Part shown: piece by piece, positions 58,501-64,000 of the stretch | Layout of the letters: each line of letters starts with the position of its first letter | Numbering within the stretch: position 1 is the stretch's first letter | Source: a bacterium | GTDB taxonomy: Bacteria; UBA10199; 2-02-FULL-50-16; JAJFLM01 | Length of the DNA: 64,000 nucleotides | Assembly (NCBI GenBank): GCA_965216315.1 | Contig: CBDCFN010000016.1 | Coordinates: 960,001-1,024,000 of the forward strand | Reading direction: 5' to 3' | The notes under the pieces: generated by a model | Databases searched by the model: none | What the model was told of the DNA's origin: nothing | The model's input: only the letters and a program-made list of their open reading frames with translations | Program-made: the position numbers and the translations under genes

Positions 58501-58632
58501 AATGTCGAATGAGAAGTTGGGGAAGGCTTCGCGCTCAAGACCCATTAATGATAAGAGTCCGGCCAAGACGAGAAATACGGAAATCGAGTTAACAACAAGC
58601 GAATTCTTTACAGAATATTCTGAGAGACTCAT
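55513..58632 (-). CDS. RND efflux permease (AcrB/AcrD/AcrF family)
   Basis: REAFP, YPGASP..IE, LGMLVDE, GPPVG, RLRPIFLTTLTT. Confidence 0.93.
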   Translation of the reverse strand: MSLSEYSVKNSLVVNSISVFLVLAGLLSLMGLEREAFPNFSFDIVTVRTDYPGASPDVIEKRITIPLEKELREVDDIDEMGSVSVEGLSLIILKIDPDAPDNDRVVNDIQRAVEEAQDLPEDLRDEPRVREAQVRNTPIVEVSLSGELTETELRQLAVNLETEILDLSGVASVARKGMRDLQVWVEVDPVKMARFEIALPQVMQALAARNVNVPGGLLKSQSKELILRTTGELETADDVNNVIVRANDEGNWVRIADIAEVRDSFEELKIIQRTDGSAAINLLIIKKDKADAIRLMKRLQTHIEDFKSRNTDKLQIAYVNDISYYIKRRLNVLLSNGWIGLILVMIPIILFLSTRVAIGAAIGMPVALLTAIAAMKFFGISINLISMFGLIMVLGMLVDEDLVVAENIARYLEEGMSHAKAAIRGAAEVSKAVISVVLTTIIAFLPLMFMTGIFGKFVGDIPKVVMITLAASLIEALIILPSHISDLNRPMREGKNSVYVKRRSHHFFDKVRGKYIQSLRFCLSHPYKSSLVALAITTIAILWAVLGMRFILFPSRGIEAFFIRAEGQIGTSLERTEQLMQPIEALVEKLPDIELDNYVTQIGLTQNDPNDPFTSRGSHLAQIQVYLSPESRRDREADEIMLSMRPDIKKVEGFKEVRLDPVRPGPPVGKPVAVRIRGEDFTVLNKIADQFKKELHTMDGVYDIKDDYEPGKGELMIDVDELAALRAGLTFNDIALTVRQAFEGMTATLIRKADEEIDVVVRLPEKMRYDRKALESLLILNNAQNLVPLNRVATLREAPGVSLIRHFDSKRVVTVTANIDENVTTSLKLNRALEKRLTGVEKEHPGYSIAFGGEAEDTQESLQSLLRAFVAAAILIFIILLITFQSVSQTLVVMLAIPFGFVGVVLGFTILNEPFTFMSMLGIVGLSGIVVDTGILLFIFVNRSRDEGMHLKEAIAQGAGMRLRPIFLTTLTTFLGVVPAAYGIGGSDPFIRPMALAMNWGLAIAMFFTLYAMPCIYFVAEHWLITLKHKVRLKVAREE

Positions 58633-58636
58633 CGGG

Positions 58637-60082
58637 CTAACGGACTAACGTATTCTGGGCCAGTCGTAGCCCCAGAACGGCCATTCGATAGTTAAATAAT
58701 GAATTGATCGTAACCCTTTGAGCGGTGAGATAATCTTCTTGGTAACGGATGACAATATCGCTGCTGGATCGTCCGGTGCGATATTTTTTAAGTTCTTCCT
58801 GCCATTTTTCATATTGAAGGTGCTGAATGCGCCGGTTCGTTCGTACCGTCTTGATTGAAGTTTGGAGGGCGCGCCACTGTTCTTCAACATCCTGCGTAAT
58901 TTTGTTTTCAGCGTCTTTTAGCTCATACAAGGCTTTTACTTTTTCTACTTCGGCGCGGTTTTTGCCGCTACGTGCAGCGCGATTCTCGAGCGGGAGTCTG
59001 AATTGGCCTCCAATAAAAAAACGCGGATGATCCGCGCTAAAAGCTTCAGACGAGGAGCCACTATAGTTTGAGTTGACTCCATTGAGTTCGAGTGAGGCGA
59101 TCAAATCCAGTTGCGGCCATTTAGCGTTTTTAGCCAAAGAAAGGCCGATTTTTCTGGCTTCTAAATTGCGTTTCGCAGCGAAATATTCGGGTCGCGACTC
59201 CAAGGCCGTTGTCAGGGCCAAATTGAGATCGGGAAGATGTTTAGAAAAGGGCATTTTCTCAGACGATTCAATTCGAACGGATTCTTTGAGGTTTAAACCG
59301 CGTCGAAAGCGACCAACAGCGTCATCGCGGCCGCGCTTGGCGGTTCGTAGCTGATTCAAGATTTGTAGACTGTTTGCCTTGGCCGCCAAGACATCGGTTG
59401 ACTCATGCAGGCCAAATTGCTCCTTTTGTTTCGAAATGTCTTCAAACTTTTTTGCCTGGCTATAGGATTGAGATGTGACCCTGACATTAGAGCGGTTGCG
59501 AATCCAATCCCAATAATTCTGCAGCACATTGAACACGGCTTCACTGATGCGACGTTGAGAGTTTGCATCTTGGGCTTCGTAATTTTTGCGTGCCAGGTTG
59601 ACCTGGCCTCGGTCCTGCATGCCCACAAAATTTTTCATTAAAGGTTGTTGGACCGAAAGGGCGACGACCGAGTCATAGTTGGGGTTGAAAGTTGCAAATG
59701 GTGAATCGGTCGTGTTGCGTTCATTGCGCCATTCCACTGAGGTTTGTGTCCCCGAAGGCAGCTTTTTGGAGACGCCTAAGTCCCATCGAGTGGTGCGGTT
59801 GTCCGTTCCAAAGATGGTCGAGGTTTGATCCCTTTGATCGATGAGGTGATTGACCTCAAAACTGGCGACCGTATCAAAGACCGATTTGGCCTCCATGATG
59901 CGGGTTTTGCTAATCGCTGCATCCGATTCAGCAATTTTAACCCCTAGATTTTGATCGAGGGCCAGCGCGAGCGCCTTGGCTTCGGTCATATTCAGGGTCT
60001 CCGCTGAAAGGGGAGTCACCGGGGTTCCGAGCACGGCGAGTAAGAGGGCGATTCGACAAATTTTGAGCGACCACGATGACAT
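58637..60082 (-). CDS. TolC family outer-membrane factor
   Basis: Signal peptide, ALALALDQN, ALESRPE, PQLDL, GRSS helical-barrel repeats. Confidence 0.9.
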   Translation of the reverse strand: MSSWSLKICRIALLLAVLGTPVTPLSAETLNMTEAKALALALDQNLGVKIAESDAAISKTRIMEAKSVFDTVASFEVNHLIDQRDQTSTIFGTDNRTTRWDLGVSKKLPSGTQTSVEWRNERNTTDSPFATFNPNYDSVVALSVQQPLMKNFVGMQDRGQVNLARKNYEAQDANSQRRISEAVFNVLQNYWDWIRNRSNVRVTSQSYSQAKKFEDISKQKEQFGLHESTDVLAAKANSLQILNQLRTAKRGRDDAVGRFRRGLNLKESVRIESSEKMPFSKHLPDLNLALTTALESRPEYFAAKRNLEARKIGLSLAKNAKWPQLDLIASLELNGVNSNYSGSSSEAFSADHPRFFIGGQFRLPLENRAARSGKNRAEVEKVKALYELKDAENKITQDVEEQWRALQTSIKTVRTNRRIQHLQYEKWQEELKKYRTGRSSSDIVIRYQEDYLTAQRVTINSLFNYRMAVLGLRLAQNTLVR

Positions 60083-60188
60083 CTGACCTCCCTTTATTAC
60101 TGGATCAGCGGGGAAAATACAATGAAATCAGTTGAGTGGCTCTCAACGAGCAACTGGGCGGACTCTCCAGACCGATAAGCTTATTGCG

Positions 60189-60317
60189 ATGAGTGAAACT
60201 GATTTGAGTCCGAGCGATCTTTCCCGCCTTTTAAACGAACTGGAAACCCGTTTACTGAAGATCAAGGCCGAGCTCTCCCTGTTAGGGGCAGATGCTAAAC
60301 ACAATATAAATCAATAA
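60189..60317 (+). CDS. Possible small coiled-coil protein (42 aa)
   Basis: MSETDLSPSDLSRLLNELETRLLKIKAELSLL, leucine heptads. No SD. Confidence 0.3.
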   Translation: MSETDLSPSDLSRLLNELETRLLKIKAELSLLGADAKHNINQ

Positions 60318-60365
60318 GTTACTCCTTTATGATTACGTACTTGTAGAAGCTGAGCCGAGTCGTCT

Positions 60366-61493
60366 ATGGATGAGGCCATGGACGCTATTCTTTGCCTTCA
60401 TTTTGGGCAGTGTGGTGGCTGCACCCTGCAAGATCTCTCCTATACGGATCAATTAGGGCGAAAAACCGAACAGCTTCGTTCGATCCTGGACGAGCGCGGG
60501 GGCGTGTTGCCCGCGGCGTTCGGTGCGGCCCTGCAGGCGCGGCCCTGGGCCTATCGTCATCGAGCACGGCTCACGGTTTGGCAGCAAGATTCGGGAGAAA
60601 TTCAGATAGGCTTCCGGCATCGGCATAAAAAAAGGGTGCTCGTGGATATGGTGGAATGTCCCGTCCTTCCTGCGCGCTTTACCCAGCTCTTAACCCCACT
60701 CAAGGAATTGTTGGCGGAGTTGAGCGAGCAGCGTGCGGTCTCTCAACTTGAACTTGCGGCGACGGAGCAAGAGCTTGCATTAGTTTTTCGCGTTATGAAG
60801 ACGTTGAGTTCTGCCGATATTGAACGGCTATTGGAATTCGAAAGATGCCATGGGCTTCGCATTTATCTGCAGCGCGGAAATATGGAGTCCATAGAGCTGT
60901 TAAATGCCGAGCAAAAAAACTTACTTGAATATCAACTCAGCAGTGGGATTGGACTACGCTTCCATCCCATGGATTTCACGCAAGTGAATCCCGCCGTCAA
61001 TCGTCTTTTAGTCGAGCATGTTATTGAAGAACTCAGGCCGAAGGATGGCGATAAAATCGCTGACCTTTTCTGTGGCATCGGTAATTTTAGCCTTCCGTTG
61101 GCTCAACAAGGTGGGCATGTCACTGGAATGGAATTTGCTGCCAATCAAGTCGAGCGAGCCACCGAAAATGCGCAACATAACCAGCTCAGTCATCGTGTGG
61201 AATTTGTGCGCCGTGATTTAAGCAAGGCCTCTCAGGCCCTCGGGAATGAACTCGCCTTGTTTGATAAGATCTTATTAGATCCCCCGCGCTCCGGTGCGCC
61301 TGCGGTCGTGGCTTCCTTAAAGAAAGAACGGCCGCGACAGATCGTGTATGTTTCTTGCAATCCCGAAACTCTCGCGCAAGATGCCCATATGCTCGTCAAT
61401 AAGCATGGCTTTCACTTTAGAAAGTGTACTTTAGTGGATATGTTTCCGCATACGGATCACATGGAATCCGTTTCTGTTTTCGAGAGGGGCTAG
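60366..61493 (+). CDS. rlmD: 23S rRNA (uracil-C5)-methyltransferase RlmD family, lacking the TRAM domain
   Basis: CLHFGQCGGC Fe-S motif, FTQVN, DLFCGIGNF, LDPPRSG, YVSCNP, DMFPHT.HME. Confidence 0.85.
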   Translation: MDEAMDAILCLHFGQCGGCTLQDLSYTDQLGRKTEQLRSILDERGGVLPAAFGAALQARPWAYRHRARLTVWQQDSGEIQIGFRHRHKKRVLVDMVECPVLPARFTQLLTPLKELLAELSEQRAVSQLELAATEQELALVFRVMKTLSSADIERLLEFERCHGLRIYLQRGNMESIELLNAEQKNLLEYQLSSGIGLRFHPMDFTQVNPAVNRLLVEHVIEELRPKDGDKIADLFCGIGNFSLPLAQQGGHVTGMEFAANQVERATENAQHNQLSHRVEFVRRDLSKASQALGNELALFDKILLDPPRSGAPAVVASLKKERPRQIVYVSCNPETLAQDAHMLVNKHGFHFRKCTLVDMFPHTDHMESVSVFERG

Positions 61494-61504
61494 TATCGTT
61501 TTGT

Positions 61505-61828
61505 TTAGGCGTCGAAGTTACGCTGATATTTCCCTGCCTGGTACTCAATAAAGTACTCATCGAGGAGCGGATGGTCGATGGGTGTCGGCGTCTCGTCTCT
61601 TTCAATATTTTCTTCAGCGACATAAGTCGTGTGTTCTTCTCCGTCGACGAGAACATGGTACCAGGGTTGATCGCGGCGCGGTAGCGGGCGATTCTCCTCT
61701 TCAGAGGTTTCTTCTTCCTCTTCATGACAGCTGTCATCGACATCGTAGATGACGCCTCGGTAGCCATGGCGCTTATGAAAGATGATTTGTCCCGTTTCAA
61801 ATTTGCAGGTGCAGATGGTCATGTTCAT
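61505..61828 (-). CDS. hspQ: HspQ/YccV hemimethylated-DNA-binding domain protein
   Basis: F.TGQI..H..HGYRGVIYDVD, QPWYHVLVD...TYVAEEN. Confidence 0.88.
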   Translation of the reverse strand: MNMTICTCKFETGQIIFHKRHGYRGVIYDVDDSCHEEEEETSEEENRPLPRRDQPWYHVLVDGEEHTTYVAEENIERDETPTPIDHPLLDEYFIEYQAGKYQRNFDA

Positions 61829-61972
61829 GCACTCTTAATTGCTTGAAATGGGAGCCGCGTCAAGCCTTTGAGATGGCGTCTAAAGGAGTGTAGCTAAGGT
61901 CCAGATTTATAAGTGTATTTCATTCCCAAGTTGATTGAGCTCATCCTCTGCTGCTAGGAGGGGGACCACGCA

Positions 61973-64000
61973 ATGGAAGCCGCCGTATCGATCAATACCA
62001 CCCACAAGCTCACCCCGATGATGGAGCAGTACCGGTCGATCAAGCGTTCGCTACCGTCGGATACGATTCTGTTTTTTCGCCTCGGCGATTTCTATGAGAT
62101 GTTCTTTGAAGATGCGGTGAACGCCTCGGAAATTCTCAATATAACGCTGACCGGGCGGGAAGCCGGGAAGGCGGGGCGGGTCCCGATGTGTGGGATTCCT
62201 TATCATGCTTTTCAGGGCTATGTCGGGACACTCGTGGATAGTAATCTTAAGGTGGCCATTTGTGAGCAAGTCGGGGATCCCAAGGCCAAGGGTCTGGTCG
62301 AGCGGGAAGTGACGCGCGTCATTTCACCGGCAACGTACCTGGAAGGTGAGGGGCCCGAACGGCGCTTCGCCTACATGGTGGCCCTCGCCCAAGATAAGGA
62401 TCGTTATGGTTTAGCTTTTCTGGAACTCAGTACGGGGGAGTTCGCGGTCAGAGAGGTCCCTGAAGAGCGCTTGACCGGAGAGCTGACCTTGCTTTCGCCG
62501 CGCGAAGTCATTTTGCCTGAATCAGTTGCCAGCGACGAGGCGCTCTTGAATTTCATTAAGAACGGTCTCAAGGCAACGGTGACTCGCTACGAAGACTGGG
62601 TGTTTGAAGCGGACGAGGGCATGCGCCTCATGCAGGAGATCTTTGATCTCGCCTCGCCGCAGAGTTTGCCCTGTTATGATCGTCCTCTAGCCGTCCGCAG
62701 CGCGGGGGCCGTACTCTACTATCTTCGCGACCACCATCACGCTTCTTTGGGCCATCTCCAACTCCCGACGCTGTTGGAAACCAAAGAGTATATGGTTCTC
62801 GATCGACAGACGCAGCAGAGCTTGGAACTCGTGATGAGCTTGAGTGGTGATAAAGAGGGGCCGACCTTGTTGAAGACGATCGACAAAACGCTCACTTCCA
62901 TGGGCGGGCGGACGTTGCATCGCTGGATCACTCATCCCCTGCTGACATTATCGGAAATTAAAAAGCGGCAGGAGGTTCTGACTGAACTCATTGCTGATCA
63001 GACTCAATTGGAGGGGATGCGCTCCTTATTGCGAGGTGTTCGCGATATGGAGCGGGCCTTAAGTCGATTAAATTATGGCGTTGCGAATGCCCGTGATCTT
63101 AAAAACCTTAAATTATTCTTAGCACGTGTTCCGGAGTTGCAGAGCTTTATTGGCGCGCAAAAGAGTTCATTGATGCAAGAGCTGGTTCAATCCGTCGTGC
63201 CGCAGCCAGAGCTGCATGATTTAATCGAGCGCGCCATTGTTGAAGAGCCTCCTTTGGCCATCAAAGAAGGGGGGGTGATTCGTGATGGCTATGACGACGG
63301 CTTGGATGAACTCAGATCTATCTCAACAAAAGGGAAGTCGTGGTTGCTGGAATTCGAAAAGCGAGAAAGCATTCGCACCGGTATTAAAAAACTCAAAATA
63401 AAATACTCCGGCGTATTTGGCTATACGATAGAGGTTAGTAAGGCGAACTTGCAAAATATTCCCGATAATTATGTGCGTCGTCAAACCCTTGCGAATGCCG
63501 AGCGCTTTGTGACCCCGGAACTGAAAGAATGGGACGAAAAAATCTCCGGGGCACAAGACAAGATTAAAGCGCTTGAATATGACCTTTTTAATGATGTCCG
63601 CAAAAAAGTATTGGAGCAGCTCCGGCCACTACAGGCGATGGCGCGTGGGATCGGCGAGTTGGATGCGTTGTGTTCGTTGGCGATAACAGCCGCGCACAAA
63701 GGCTGGGTTTGTCCTGAAGTCGATTCAACCCGAGTATTGGCGATAGAAGGGGGGCGCCACCCCGTCGTTGAAAATATGTTGCCCGCGGGAGATTTTGTCG
63801 AAAATGACGTGCTGTTAAATGAGACGGATCAACAACTTGTCATTCTTACGGGCCCTAATATGGCGGGTAAATCAACGTATATCCGCCAGGTGGCTCAATT
63901 AGTGATTCTTGCCCAATTAGGGTCCTTTATTCCTGCAAACACGGCACGGATTGGAATTGTCGACCGTATCTTTACGCGTATCGGTGCTTCGGATGATTTA
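61973..64000 (+). CDS. mutS: DNA mismatch repair protein MutS (3'-truncated by window edge; absent from the ORF track)
   Basis: Translated by hand: MEAAVSINTTHKLTPMMEQY...LFFRLGDFYEMF...PMCG, GRHPVVE, TGPNMAGKSTYIRQ, DRIFTRIGASDDL. AGGAGG upstream. Confidence 0.96.
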   Translation, partial: MEAAVSINTTHKLTPMMEQYRSIKRSLPSDTILFFRLGDFYEMFFEDAVNASEILNITLTGREAGKAGRVPMCGIPYHAFQGYVGTLVDSNLKVAICEQVGDPKAKGLVEREVTRVISPATYLEGEGPERRFAYMVALAQDKDRYGLAFLELSTGEFAVREVPEERLTGELTLLSPREVILPESVASDEALLNFIKNGLKATVTRYEDWVFEADEGMRLMQEIFDLASPQSLPCYDRPLAVRSAGAVLYYLRDHHHASLGHLQLPTLLETKEYMVLDRQTQQSLELVMSLSGDKEGPTLLKTIDKTLTSMGGRTLHRWITHPLLTLSEIKKRQEVLTELIADQTQLEGMRSLLRGVRDMERALSRLNYGVANARDLKNLKLFLARVPELQSFIGAQKSSLMQELVQSVVPQPELHDLIERAIVEEPPLAIKEGGVIRDGYDDGLDELRSISTKGKSWLLEFEKRESIRTGIKKLKIKYSGVFGYTIEVSKANLQNIPDNYVRRQTLANAERFVTPELKEWDEKISGAQDKIKALEYDLFNDVRKKVLEQLRPLQAMARGIGELDALCSLAITAAHKGWVCPEVDSTRVLAIEGGRHPVVENMLPAGDFVENDVLLNETDQQLVILTGPNMAGKSTYIRQVAQLVILAQLGSFIPANTARIGIVDRIFTRIGASDDL

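Noticed and set aside
60150..60178. GCAAC-N18-CGATAA ahead of the small ORF at 60189
   Set aside because: Spacer is 18 rather than 16 and the ATG is 10 nt away. Not counted as a motif copy, though it could be a variant.
1..64000. CRISPR arrays, rRNA, IS/integrase/prophage genes, including integration at the tRNA pair
   Set aside because: I saw no spaced direct repeats, transposase/integrase motifs or duplicated tRNA 3' ends by eye.

Overview
A gene-dense chromosomal segment (roughly 50% GC by eye) of a diderm bacterium. The gene content and architectures suggest a deltaproteobacterial-type lineage (Myxococcota/Bdellovibrionota-like; inference). Housekeeping genes include dacB, arfB-like, infA, tRNA-Leu/tRNA-Thr, rpoZ, folB/folK, apaG, truD, HU, rlmD-like, hspQ and a 5' part of mutS. 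There is also a type II secretion operon (gspC-N), two sigma54 activators (an FHA-type and a 1662-aa Ser/Thr kinase-TPR-GAF-AAA+ fusion), four sigma54 promoters (three ahead of lipoprotein genes flanking the kinase fusion), an RND/TolC pair, an MMPL transporter, and a cytidylyltransferase/CDP-alcohol transferase plus radical SAM pair. The strongest unexplained signal is a bipartite motif, RCAAC-N16-CGAW, found seven times in intergenic DNA with an identical 16-nt spacer. It always points at an adjacent unit: four orphan proteins, a response regulator, an amidase and a terminator-bounded ~110-nt non-coding RNA candidate. Three of the orphans appear leaderless, with the start codon exactly 7 nt after the motif, and share an N-terminal [IV]LAxTxxL segment. 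I infer an alternative-sigma regulon of scattered, possibly secreted effector-like proteins with its own sRNA. I saw no CRISPR array, rRNA or mobile element.
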